From: the human T2T-CHM13v2.0 reference genome, Homo sapiens
DNA length: 64,000 nucleotides
Reading direction: 5' to 3' (one strand)
Assembly (NCBI RefSeq): GCF_009914755.1
Contig: NC_060934.1
Position numbers and translations under genes: made by a program. Shown in pieces: positions 1 through 15,899 of this stretch (the stretch's first letter is position 1; every line of letters starts with the position of its first letter). The notes below the pieces were generated by a model. The model did not search any database. It was given only the letters and a program-made list of their open reading frames with translations, and had not been told where the DNA came from.

Positions 1-327
1 TTAAGGGCAGCCAGAGAGAAAGGTTGGGTTACCCTCAAAGGGAAGCCCATCAGACTAACAGCGGATCTGTTGGCAGAAACTCTACAAGCCAGAAGAGAGT
101 GGGGGCCAATATTCAACATTCTTAAAGAAAAGAATTTTCAACACAGAATTTCATATCCAGCCAAACTAAGCTTCATAAGTGAAGGAGAAATAAAATACTT
201 TACAGACAAGCAAATGCTGAGAGATTTTGTCACCACCAGGCCTGTTCTAAAAGAGCTCCTGAAGGAAGCACTAAACATGGAAAGGAACAACCAGTACCAG
301 CCGCTGCAAAATCATGCCAAAATGTAA
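1..327 (+). pseudogene. L1 ORF1p C-terminal part
   Basis: Translation ...ARREWGPIFNILKEKNFQHRISYPAKLSFISEGEIKYFTDKQMLRDFVTTRP...QNHAKM* matches the human L1 ORF1p end. Confidence 0.95.
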
Positions 328-390
328 AGACCATCGAGACTAGGAAGAAACTGCATCAACTAATGAGCAAAATAACCAGCTAACATCATA

Positions 391-4216
<3,826 letters not shown>

Positions 4217-4459
4217 ACAATGAGAACACATGGACCCAGGAAGGGGAATATCACACTCTGGGGACTGTTGTGGGGTGGGGGGAGTGGGGAGGGATAACAT
4301 TGGGAGATATACCTAATGCTAGATGATGAGTTAGTGGGTGCAGCACACCAGCATGTCACATGTATACATATGTAACTAACTTGCACATTGTGCACATGTA
4401 CCCTAAAACTTAAAGTATAATAATAAAAATAAATAAATTAATTAATTAATTAAAAAAAT

Positions 4460-5130
4460 ACCACAAAGGAAAATACTGATAAGCCATATAATCTGTGTCC
4501 ATATATCACATATAGATTATATCAAAAATGCCACATTCAAAAATAGAAAGGACAAACTGGAAAGGAATATTTTCAACAAATATGATAAGAGGGCAATAGT
4601 CTTATTAAGACTATTAAAAATTAAAAGAAAATTAATTACAAACTAAGAAAAAAACTTACTGTGAATCAAGACATCAATAGAAATGTGGGTTATATACAAA
4701 AGCAAAATGTCCGATAAGCCATAAATATATTTTTTAAATGTTCAGCCACACCGGTAATCAGTGAGGTGGGAATTAAAACAATGAGATATTGTCCAGCACA
4801 TATGGAACTGGCAAGGAGAAAGGGAGTTATTTTTGTTCTTGTTTTTAATATTGAATGTGATGATTCAATATTGAATGTGATGATTCAATATTGAATGTGA
4901 TGATTCAATATTGAATGTGATGATTCAATATTGAATGTGATGATTCAATATTGCTGGTGGCAGGATAAAATAAATTCTGAGGGATGCAAATAAATTGCGC
5001 AAATTTTCCGAAAACAATTTGATGCATTAGGAGGCTTAAAATTTATACCTTTTGATTCAATAATTCCATTTCTACAAATGTATCCTAAAAAAGAATTTAG
5101 AGCAGCACCCAGGTGAAAATACGGGAGCAA
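4460..5130 (+). mobile_element. Old L1M (L1ME-type) ORF2 3' fragment
   Basis: Degenerate L1 3' ORF2 phrases (AAATGTTCAGCCACACCGGTAATCAGTGAGG..ATTAAAACAATGAGATA; TAATTCCATTTCTACAAATGTATCCTAAA). Confidence 0.6.
4847..4953. repeat. Minisatellite, 20-bp unit AATATTGAATGTGATGATTC x5.3, perfect
   Basis: Five identical units plus a 7-bp partial, read directly. Confidence 0.98.
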
Positions 5131-5224
5131 TCAACACAGTATTAGCTTTGTCCCAAGTACGTTTACCTCATTATCTAATACATGTTTTGCATTGATTCAC
5201 ATTTTCTAGTTAGACAAATTTATT

Positions 5225-5820
5225 GTTTTAACTTTTTATTTTGAGAAGGTTGAGATTCATGTGCGGTTATAAAATACAGTACAGGGATCCTTGTACCCTT
5301 CACCCAGCTTCCCCCGGTAGGAACGTCTTGTGTAACTGTAACACAGAATCACAACCAGGAAACGGGCACTGACACCTTCATGTTATTCACATTTCCCCTG
5401 CTTTACATGTACTTACGTGTGTGCATGTGTGTAATTCAATGCCATTTCATCATGTGTAGATTAGAGAGACCACCACCACAGCAAAGATATCATAGGGATC
5501 CCTTGTGGTTCACAGCCTTCCTCCCCCTCCACCCTGAGCCCTGGCGGCCACTAATCTGTTCTCCATCCCTCTCATTATGTCATTTCAGGAATGTCATATA
5601 AATGGAATTGGACAGGACATAACCCTTGGGACTGGCTTATTTTACTCAGCAAAATCCCCTCGAGATCACCCCAGCTGTGCATGGACAGTTTGTTCCTTTT
5701 TGCTGCTGAGGAGGGTTCCGGGGGATGGAGGTACCACCACTTTTCAATGTTCACCTGCTAAAGGATACTTGAGTTGTTTCCAGTCTTTGGCTGCCATGAA
5801 CATTTGTGTACAGGCTTTAC
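5225..5820 (-). mobile_element. Old L1M 3' end (antisense)
   Basis: Typical antisense L1M 3'UTR: CTTTTTATTTTGAG...TACCCTTCACCCAGCTTCCCC...CCACTAATCTGTTCTCCAT...GAATGTCATATAAATGGAAT. Confidence 0.75.
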
Positions 5821-6389
5821 AGTATTATCTTTAAGAGCAAAAAATAAATAAAAAAGAACACAATTTAGAATTCAAATGTCATCCAACCATAGGGAAATAA
5901 TTAAATAAATCAGGGCAAACTGAATATTTTGGTGTCATTAAAAGTTATGTCTAATTGGCATACTAAATGAGCTAGACTCCAAGGTACAAACAAAAAATGA
6001 CTTTCTGTTTTTCCCTTCAGCCACTAGCTTCAGGAATGGAACATCTGACCTCTCTTCCTTGCTCCTGAACAACATTTGGACACAAACCAGTTTTTTCGGT
6101 TCCTTTCAGGGATTTGATCATGCATTTTCAAAGTATTAAAAAGTCTTGTGTGCTCTAAATCAAAATCTGCCTCTTTCATCCAGTTAAAATCTTCTTCCCT
6201 CCACCCAGGGGGAAGTGGGATGTGATGTGGCCTTTCCTCCCCAGCTCCTGTGCCTCCCCTCACCTGTCTGCCACCCCTGCACCCTCCAGGGCTGGGTGGG
6301 AGGAAGGAGGAGGGGGGCGCAGAGGCCTTCTACTGTTGTACCAGGTTTCCTGTGGTCTCTACGCCATCCCCTCATGTCAGCTGTGTGGT

Positions 6390-7470
6390 TCTCTCTCTCT
6401 TTCTCTGTGTGTGTGTATGTGTGTGTTTCTGTGTATGAGTGTGAGTATGTGTGTGTGTCTGTGAGTATATGTATGTGTGTATGTGTGTATGTGTGTGTGT
6501 ATGTATGTGTATCTCTCTGTTTATGTATCTCTCTGTGTGTGTGTGTATGTATCTGTTTGTGAGAGTGTAAGTATATATGTGCATGTATGTGTTTCTCTCT
6601 GTGTCTCTATGTATGAGTGTATGTCCTTATGGATGTGTGTGTGTGAGTATATATGTTCATGTATGTGTGTCTTTCTTTGTGTCTCTGTGTGTTTCTGTGT
6701 ATGAGTGTGTGTGTGTCTCTCTGTGTATGTATGTATGTCAGTATATATGTGTATGTATGTGTCTCTCTGTCTCTGTGTGGATCCTTCTCTGTGTGTCTCT
6801 GTGTGTGTGTCTCTGTGTGTATCTCTGTGTGTCTCTGTGTGTCTGCGTGTGTCAGTCTCTCTGTGTGTCTCTGTGTATGTCTCTGTGTGTCTCTCTCTGT
6901 GTTTCTGTGCTGTGCCTCTGTGTGTGTGTGTCTGTGTGTCTCTCTGTGTCTGCATGTGTGTGTCTCTCTGTGTGTGTCTCTCTCAGAGTGTTTCTGTGTC
7001 TGTGTCTCTGTGTATCTCTGTGTGTGTGTGTCTGTGTGTCTCTCTGTGTCTGTGTGTCTGTGTGTCTCTGTGTGTGTCTGTGTGTGTGTGTCTCTGTGTG
7101 TCTCTCTCTGTGTGTCTCTGTGTCTGTGTCTCTGTGTGTCTCTGTGTCTGTGTCTCTGTGTGTCTCTGTGTATGTGCCTCTATGTGTCTCTCTGTGTCTG
7201 TGTGTCTCCCTGTGTCTGTGTGTGTGTCTCTCTGTGTGTCTGCATGTGTCTCTCTCTGTGTGTCTCTGTGTGTGTGTCTCTGTGTATGTGTCTCTGTGTG
7301 TCTCCCTGTGTCTGTGTGTCTCCCTGTGTCTGTGTGTGTGTCTCTCTGTGTGTCTGCATGTGTCTCTCTCTGTGTGTGTCTCTGTGTCTCTCTCTGTGTG
7401 TCTCTGTGTCTGTGCCTCTGTGTGTCTCTGTGTGGATGTCTCTGTGAGCGTCTCTGTGTGTCTGTGTGTG
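6390..7470. repeat. Long compound (TG)n/(TC)n low-complexity tract (~1.1 kb)
   Basis: Almost purely GT/CT dinucleotides; source of the C/V/L/S- and T/H/R-rich spurious ORFs. Confidence 0.97.
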
Positions 7471-7699
7471 TGTGGCCTTTCCTCCCCAGCTGCTGCCCCT
7501 CCCTTCGCCAATCTGCCACCCCTGCACCCTCCAGGGCTGGGTGGGAGGAAGGAAGAGGGGGGCCAGGTTTCCTGTGGTCTTTTGACGCCGTCTCCTCACT
7601 TCAGCTGTGTGGTTCTCTCTCTCTTTCTCTGTGTGTTTGTATGTGTGTGTCCAAATGTGTGTCTCTCTTTCTCTCTCTCCCTGTCTCTCTGCATATCTC

Positions 7700-8105
7700 C
7701 CCTTACTCCCTGCCCTTGGGCATGCAGTCTTTGGAGTCCCCTTCACTGGCTGGAGCCTCCGCCCTGCCGCTTACAGAGGCACCCACTGCCCTCCACCTGC
7801 ACCGCCCCCTACTCCAGCAGGCGACTGTGTAGTGAGGGGCCTCTTCCAGACCCAGGGTCCTTTCAGCCTGCAGGAAAGCTCCACTCTGCCTACTCTGGAG
7901 GTGCTTTGCTCCCTACTGTGCCTCCTCTGTGCTCTGAGAGGAAACAGCCTCCAGAGCCGCCTGGGGAGTCGCTGACCGAGCTCTGCAGGACTTTGCCTGA
8001 AATCCTTCCCTGCTCTCTTTTCTCTACCCCCACTGGTTTCTCCTGGGAGCGCTTCCTTAACAAACCCTCATCTCAAGGGCTGCTCCGGGAGAACCTGACC
8101 CAAGT
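7700..8105 (+). mobile_element. ERVL-type LTR fragment (LTR16/LTR33-like)
   Basis: 3' end TTCTCCTGGGAGCGCTTCCTTAACAAAC...CTCAAGGGCTGCTCCGGGAGAACCTGACCCAAG resembles ERVL LTR termini. Confidence 0.45.
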
Positions 8106-8289
8106 TCTGAAGGTGAGAATGGAAGCCCACATGTTGGGGACCTTGTCTTGGACGAGAGCTTGGAATAAGGGGACCAGGTGTGGATCACCTGTTAGATGAG
8201 GCTCTCACACGTTGTCTCATTTGATCTAGGCAAAAACCCCATGATTAAGGAATTGTCTTCCCATTTGGGACTCATTGTGAAGTTAAGGA

Positions 8290-8410
8290 TTTTTCCTAAA
8301 CCCGGGGTCCCAGGTTAGCAGCATCTGTATTGCCTGGAAGGTCGTTGGAAATGCAGATTCTCAGCCCCACCCCTGAATAGCTGAGGCACTGGGCTTTGAG
8401 AACCTCTGCT
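8290..8410. mobile_element. MER5-type hAT-Charlie MITE inserted within MIR remnants
   Basis: GCAGCATC..GAAATGCAGATTCTCAGCCCCACCCC...TTTGAGAACCTCTG. Confidence 0.7.
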
Positions 8411-8849
8411 CCAGATCCTATACCAAGCCTGTGGAGGGGCCAGAATCGAAACCCGGGCCTAATGCCTGGTTATGTCCACTGAGATGGAAAAGCATGATGC
8501 AAAATTAACTATACCATATAAACCCAATTAAAGCAGATCTGAGAAAGGAAGGCAGATAAACGTGAAAGAAAGAGCCATTATGCTGTCTCCAATACCCCAT
8601 CAGTTCTAAGATTCTACGACCATTTAAATATGTCTAACACATGACTGCCTATGTTGCACAGATCCAAGATTCCTTGAAAAGAAATAGTGGATAATGCTAA
8701 GCAAAGTTGAGTACTTTACCAAGCCCTGGAATGAATTAGCTAAAAATATCGAGTGTAGTGTAGACTAAGGGGTGTCATGTTCCTCCAACATCAGAAAAAG
8801 TCATCCAGAAACAAGAGCCATTGCAAAGGAGGGGGGCTTTCTGAAGACA

Positions 8850-9012
8850 GAGACAGGATGAGTCAAAGGGGTTGCCTGGGGTATGCTTAAGGAGGTGCTC
8901 ATTCTGAGGTGTGAACCCCATCCTTGCACATCCCAGAGAGTGGTGCCTCCTTAAGAGTGAGCACTTTCTCAATTTTGCAGCCCAGGTACCCTTACACTAG
9001 TCCTGTCCTTGG
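8850..9012. mobile_element. MER96-like palindromic hAT MITE
   Basis: Inverted arms CTTAAGGAGGTGCTCATTCTG / CAGAGAGTGGTGCCTCCTTAAG and end ACACTAGTCCTGTCCTTG match the recalled MER96 consensus. Confidence 0.65.
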
Positions 9013-9788
9013 AGCAATTGCACAAAACTGTCAATGACAAGGAGATTCTAGACGTATATAGAGGCCTATTGTGAGTGTCACACAGAGAGAGAGTAGCCAC
9101 ACAGTGGATCCCTAGTGGAATATTTCACATCAGGTCTTTCTATAAGACCTCAGCTAATGCAGAATGAACAAGGTTGGAAACCAACTAAAACATTAGTGTA
9201 CAGAAGAAGGGAAGTCATTAAAATGCAGAATTCCAGGCTTGGTCCCAGAGATTCTGCCCTCCCCGCCACCCCATCTGGAGTGGGGCTCCTGCTTTTGCCC
9301 CAGGTGTCTGTGGGAGATGGTCCCATGACCACACCCCAAGGAATGCTGCTTCTGAGCTGGGGAGGAGACCCTCAGCACCTGCTCCAAATTAGGCACACTC
9401 CATTGCAGGTAAGAAGTTTTAGATGGCTTCAGAAAAATCACGAAATCATCCATTGAAAAAGTAAAGCTCCAAGTGTTTTGAATACCCCAGTGTAGGCAGT
9501 TTCCTGGGAGCATGAATCTCCTGGGTGTTCCTTCTCAGAGGCCATTCAAACCAACCTGCCCCCATTCCCGTGGAGGAAGCAGTTGCCCACTGCTTTGTTG
9601 TTTTCTTGTCTAAAGGGTGCCCACTTCCCTTAGTGGGAGTTTCACCCATACACCCAGAAAGTCACACTCCTGGAAATAAGTCAGCTTTGGCCAAATTACA
9701 GAAATCAAGTGCTGGGAAACCAATGGGACCTTAAAGATTCCTTTTGTCCATTAGCTTTACCTAGGATTCGGTGGTCTTTTGGTATTAG

Positions 9789-10252
9789 TGCCAAAAGACA
9801 AAATTACAACAAATTTAGTTTGAAAATCTAATTGGCTTTTACTTGGAATTCCAGAATTGGACAACACTTCATTCCATAAATTAGAATGAGTGTTCTGCTG
9901 GGGATGACAGAGCAGAATGGTTAGTTTGTGGAAGGTGGGAAAAAGGAAATGGAGCCATCAAAAAAGCAGATCAATGAACAGCAGGTCACTACACTTTTTG
10001 GTGAACAGCAGATCACTTTTCTTGTAAAGAGGAACTTCATTATGACACTGACTCAGACAGACCGGGCTGTTTCTAATTGGTTGCTATGAATCTACTGTTT
10101 TTAGGCAAAACTGGTCTGTTTGAGGCTCTACCTGCTTCCTTAAAATTTTGGTGTGATTTTGTGTCACTTAGCATGAGTGACTTCATTTTGGTTTGGTCTG
10201 GTCTGCTGGGGCCTAGTCCAAAGCAATGGATTCCTGTAAACTTTTTTCAACA
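9789..10252 (-). mobile_element. ERV1 solo LTR (MER31-like)
   Basis: TG...CA termini with 4-bp TSD TTAG (9785-9788 and 10253-10256). Minus strand reads ..CTAGGCCCCAGCAGACCAGACCAAACCAAAATGAAGTCACTCATGCTAA...AAACTAAATTTGTTGTAATTTTGTCTTTTGGCA. Confidence 0.8.
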
Positions 10253-10489
10253 TTAGTATTAAGTGGTAAGGAATTTATTATTGAACAGCACTATTATTTT
10301 GCTGTTCTTAATAAGGCATTGAACAAATTGATTTCTGTGTGAAAGCAAAAGAGTGTAGATAGTGCTGTCCTGACCCTTTGTCTTTTTCCTTGTCTACAGT
10401 AAATCTGACCAAGGGGCCTGCCATGCTCTTGGGGTGGCCCAGTCCTGCTGGCCCTGCCGGCCCTGCCAGTCATAACATCAGCATCCAGA

Positions 10490-10650
10490 CAAGAGCCACG
10501 CTGGGCACTAGTTCTCACAATTGTCCTGCAAAGTAAATGTCGTCATCTGCACATGGCAGACCAGGAAACTGAGGCTCACCATATGAAAGGCTGACATCAG
10601 CATCACTGCCGGGATTAAACCCAGGATTCTCGAGCTCCCAGCCTGCACCG
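10490..10650 (-). mobile_element. MIR
   Basis: Core CAGGAAACTGAGGCTCA ... GGGATTAAACCCAGG. Confidence 0.65.
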
Positions 10651-11026
10651 TTCCCTTCACTGCTCATCATGAGAAGCCTCTGTCAACAGCCCCCAAGGCT
10701 TTCTTGTGACAACAGGACACCGGCAATCCATAGGTATATCCAGAACCCTGGCTGGGTAGCTCTGTAGCTCCATGCTTTAAAACCACGAGGGCACTATGGG
10801 TCAGAAGCAGATCTGCCTAGAGATGCTTTGTCCACCCAGCAGAATGTCCCCAGCTCTGTGCTGGCTGAGCACTGGATCAAGAGTGGCCTGAGAACAGGGA
10901 CAAACCTCCTGGTTAGCCTTGGCCCTAACCACTGTAGGCACTCCATAAGCAATCATTAAACACACAAGAACCTAATCATATGCCAGGCGTTCTGCTAAAG
11001 GCTTGCTGTGTTATCTCCTGGAATCC

Positions 11027-11505
11027 TGTGGCAGAGATAGTGGTTGTCTACACCAACCATTATTCTTCTTCCCTCCTTAGTTGTACAGCCCCGGTATTTT
11101 CAGCTAGACGAAATGGCACAGGTCAAAATCTTTATTCACCTCTCTCCCTGCAGTTAAAGGTAATCATGTGTCCTATTCTGTCTGATGGAATGGAAATTAA
11201 TTGTTTTGTGAGAATATTGGAAATCCCTTCAACTGAGAAGAGCAACCTTCAGTCCCCATCATCTGCCTCATTCCTGCTGCCAGCCTGGAATGCTGACATG
11301 ATGGCTGGAGCTTTGTCAGCTATCTTGGACCATGAGGTGACCTTGAGGATGAGAGCTACATGAGGGGGCCAGGAAGAAAGAGGAGGGCCTGCTCCACAAT
11401 GATACCATAAGGTTGCCTTTCTGCTGAGCTGCAAGGCTCCAAACATTTTTAAACCACTGAGATTTGGGATTTCTCTGTTCTACTGCAATTAAGCCTAACC
11501 CAAAA
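11027..11505 (+). mobile_element. MaLR LTR (MLT1J/K-like)
   Basis: TGTGGCAGA start; CCTGGAATGCTGACATGATGGCTGGAGC...CTATCTTGGACCATGAGGTGACCTTGAGGATG. Confidence 0.7.
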
Positions 11506-12904
11506 CGTTCAATAAATGATCTCCGTAATCTTGAAAGGGTAGACTAGGAAGGTTCAGAGTTGATTGTGGAATTTTCTTACTCCTCTGCAACTCTGGCATT
11601 TGGGAGACTATAGTAAAGTCAGATAGAATCTTCAGGCACTGCAGAGCACCCTGAAATGTTCTGGAGATGTGTTCTTCTCCCAAGCAAGGGGAAATGATGG
11701 CTGGCTGGTAAGTGGTGTCCACAAACCTGTTGTTCACACCCTCTGTCTGCTGCCTGTGTGTGAACAGAAAGGCAAAAGACTTTCTAGGGTTAATCTTGAA
11801 GTAAAAAAGAAAAGATATTGAAATACCACCTTACACTGACTGCCTTCAGCTACAGAAGAATTAACCCCCATTAATCATTATGGTGATAATTGTACAATAT
11901 ATAAAATATACTATGTAAAGTATGCAATTAAATAATTGTCATTTCTCATAAGCTCTTATGGGATCATTTCAAGATAATGAGCGGGGTTAATAATGTTGTC
12001 AAATTAAACCTACATCATTTCTATGCCCATTGCCAAGGTATTTACCTCCCTGGGCCTGGCGTCCTCATCTATAAAATGAAGAACGTGAGCGAGATGCTCT
12101 CAGGAACCTTTGGATCTATGGATCAGGCAGGTAAACTGTGGCAGTTCTGGGCACTGGCAGAAATGAGGCCATTTCCTTTGCCACCTGAGATTTGACTTGG
12201 AAATCTGAGAAAAATCTTTACCATAATGAGAAAGTGATTCTGTCTCCCTCTTGGAGATACACAGCACTTTTTGCTTCCAACATTCAAACAAGCTCCCTAT
12301 AGCAAAGGGAATCGAGTGGCATGCCCCAATCTTGCCGGGGTAACAGCACGTGTATAACAAGGGGATAAGCAGCCAAGGCTGCCTGTGCTTGGAGGGGACC
12401 GGCTGCCCTCCCCACACCTGCCTGGCTGTACCCAGGGCCGAGGAGAACCATACGTGGCACGTCTATAACCCACTCATGGAATACTGGAAGGGGCTGGACT
12501 CAAGTACCAGGAAATCAAGAAAAGTAAACCTTTTTTTGCCTTATTTGTCTGGTGATCGGATTTACTTTTTTGGTTTGGTTTTGCCTAAAATACAAGCACA
12601 AGGGATGGGACCTTGCAACAAACTATGCAAAGGTGTCTCGGAGCAACTTCCCCAAACCCTAGGCCTGTCTGTCCACAGGCTCTTGTCCTCCTTGCCCAGG
12701 CCCCAGCTGTGGGAAATCCCTTGGCTGGCCAAAGCTGCCAAGCCCTAGTGTGAACAGCAGGCCCATCCTTCCCTATGGTGTCCTCAAACTCAAGCCCAAG
12801 TTTGTTCTGCCTCATGGACAAGCCCCTGTCCCTCCTCTTGTGACCAGTGTCAATATTCCACCAAATGATGGGCTGGGTATTCAGGGAAAAAATGAAAGAG
12901 AGAG

Positions 12905-13180
12905 AAGTGCTGAAAATCCCTTCACCTAGGAAGAGCAGCCTTCAGTCCCTACCATCTGCCTCCTTCCTGCTGCCAGCCTGGAATGCTGACATAATGGCTG
13001 GAGCTTTGTCAACCATCTTGGACCATGAGGTAACCTTGAGAATGAGAGCTACATGAGGGTGCCGAGAAGAAAGAGGGGAGCCTTCTCCACAATGACATCA
13101 TGGGGTTGCCTTTCTAGTGCTGGACTACCTGGCTCCAACCATCTTCTTTGGACATGAAAAACATGAATTGGATTTTGTTT
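12905..13180 (+). mobile_element. Second partial copy of the same MLT1J/K-like LTR
   Basis: Roughly 85% identical by eye to 11220-11420 over ~200 bp. Confidence 0.75.
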
Positions 13181-13440
13181 TGCATCAGGGCCAGATGACT
13201 GTCATCCAGATGTCCCTCTTCATTGTTTGTGAGCACAGATGAGGGACAGTGGCAAAGGCTGGGATTCTTGAGTTAGGAGCCTTCCTTCTAATTCTAGTTC
13301 CTTCACATTCCTAACTGTTGCTTTTCTCTGTGTGAAATGGGAATGTGCTACTGACATTAATGAATATCTGTTAAAAAACCTACTACTTGCCAGGTGCTAT
13401 TGCTGGGGTGGAAGGAGATTATGATAAGCAAGCCTGCCCC

Positions 13441-13877
13441 GGTGTGATGTGCAATGTGCTGCCCAGAACCCCTGAAGGGAGGACTTGCTGCTCAGAGGCT
13501 GGTGGGGGGTGTGAGTGGGCAGCCTCCAGCTGTTGGCCCCTTTAGGGTCCCATCGGCACAGAGTCACCTACCCAAAGGCCCACCCTTCTCAAGGCAGCCC
13601 CCATCCAATGACAGATCAAAGAAGCAGGATGACAAACTGGCCATATTAACCCAACTTAAGATGCCTCTGAAGGGCCGTGCTAGCCCCAGATCTCTCCATG
13701 GTATGGGCTGAGTCCCCGTTGGGCCTCCAGGAATCACAGCTTGATTTTCCCTCTGTCCACACATGATTCAAGCCCCTCTCTGCCATGGGGATTGGTCCCA
13801 AGGGCCCTCCTTAATATACCTTTTGCCCACCAAACTCTTTCTCAGAGTCTGCTTCCCGGGAAATCCAGCCTGAGATA
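13441..13877 (+). mobile_element. ERVL solo LTR (LTR16-like)
   Basis: GGCAGCCCCCATCCAATGACAGATC..; ends TCTCAGAGTCTGCTTCCCGGGAAATCCAGCCTGAGATA. Confidence 0.7.
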
Positions 13878-15899
13878 AAGCAGCCTGCTCTCTCTTTGGC
13901 CACCAAGTTGAGGAGATAAATGATAAAGCAATTTTGTGAGGACTGTGTAGAGGAGCGAATGAGATGATGTGTGTGAAAGCACTTCAGCAACACAAAACTA
14001 CTGTTGAAGCTGTGGGTTACCTTTATTTCTAGTGGTTTGGAGTGAGTTGAATTGCTTGGGAAAAAAAAAAAACCCTGCCAATTTTCCTTCTCCATCTTCA
14101 AAGCCTGCAAGGCGTGTCTGACTCAGGCAGGGGTGGCAATGCCTAGGGCCTCTCAGGGAGAGGAGCTAAGAGGACTTCAGGTACCCTAAGAAAATCTCAT
14201 GGCTCGTGTCTGCCAAACACCTGTCATTAGCGCAAGCCCAATTCCAGAGGTTGCAAAAACGAGAGAGCCGCGTGACCCCCAAGCCCAGGTGACAACTTTC
14301 CAAGTTCCTCTATGCTATAGCCAACAGTGCAGAAGCAGAATCCTTGGCTCCAAACCACTAATGAACTCCTTCTAGCTCCAGGTTTAATTAGTTTTCATTG
14401 CAATATTAATGATCCTAACAAACCATTTCAACTTTCCTGTTTCACAGTTGGATTTCTTTATTTGGCATTTGGTCTCTTTATAAGAAAATCCCACATGCAT
14501 CCCCCTCCCCACTTGCCCCATCAAGAGGGAATAAGATCACATTCTTATTTTGCTTATCACTTTGGCCAGCCCAGGGACAGTAGCTTTAATAATTTTGAAA
14601 CTGGGAACATTAAACACATCACAAACTGCCATACAAATAACATATAATATAACTCCAGGATTTTAATTACAGTGACTAATATATGTACCAATCCTAAAAT
14701 CTCTGTAGTACCATTAGGCCACATGCATGGACATTATTGGGAGGTTTAAAATTTGCACAAGGTGTGTCATTAGTTGATCCAAGATCTTCCAGATCTAGTT
14801 CTCGCCTGGGACTCAGAATTCTTTTGTTGGGCACTTTGAACTATCCAGCCACAGGCAGTGCTATTTTCATTAGTGACAATGAAAAATGATTAAACACTTC
14901 CACCAGTTCAGATCAGTTTTTGTTGAGGGCAGGTTTGGCTGCATGGCAGAGCAAGTAAGCATTTGCTGGGGGATTCCACTGGCTCCTTATTTTCCTTGCC
15001 TCTTCAATGGAAGAGAGAAGAAACAGCAAACAGGAACTACGTCCTGCCTGCTTCCAGAAATTCTCTGACCTGGCCTCAAGGGCATGTGATCTGGATTTAT
15101 GAGAGAAGTCACTAGATTTTAGATGCAGTGTCTTTCCAGGAAGAGACTGGAATGTGGGTGAGCTATCAGATGGTGACTGCTGGAAACTGAGTTGTGTCCC
15201 CCACAGGCCTCTCCAAAGAAAGGCCAGCAGCCTGGGCTCAAGGTCCAAGGATGTGCAATGAACTCACACTCAACACGACTGGCAGCACACAGCAGCCAAG
15301 CCACAAAGGGCAGCCGGGCTGAGCTTGCAGTGAGCGGCCAAGCTCAGAGGTACAGTCCACATGACCAGACCCCAGCAGGCAACCTGGAGAGGGACTCAGG
15401 ACCAAGAAAGGCAAACTGGCCACACAGATGGGGTGAGGAAAGGGGCCAGTCTTGGACATTCACACTGAGGATGGAGAGCAAACCACTCCAGAGTCCATAT
15501 GCTAGTAAGGAAGGAATTCCTTGCATTCTTCCAGCGCTTAGAAAGGGAAGGCTTTTACTGCCCACGGCTCAGGGGAGCAGCTTCAGTCAGGACCCTTGAC
15601 ATTGCCTCCTGAGTGACAGGCCCCAGTACAAAGTTATCCAGGCTAGGACCACTCCTGGGACAACATCCCCAAACAAGAGTCCCTGCCCCAGGCCTGGCTT
15701 TACCAATCCCTGTGCCCCTGGAAACACACACCATAGCCAGAAGATTCTTCCTTGAAATTGTCCCATCCCTGCTTACAACCTCTCAAAACCCATAAAGTGC
15801 TACATGCCACACTGACCAAGAGGTCAGTGTCCCCAGTGGTCCTCATAGGACCTGTTTATGTCACTGCCCAGGACTTCAGAGGGCACCAGAGCTCCTAGC

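Noticed and set aside
4847-4953. CRISPR-like regular repeat with a palindrome
   Set aside because: No unique spacers, no cas genes, and the DNA is mammalian; it is a simple tandem repeat.
6215-8199. Long ORFs (540, 375, 264 and 219 aa) rich in C/V/S/L or T/H/R
   Set aside because: Translations of the TG/TC dinucleotide tract, which lacks stop codons in most frames.
8885-8960. Inverted repeat as a possible novel RNA hairpin
   Set aside because: Explained by the palindromic MER96-like MITE.
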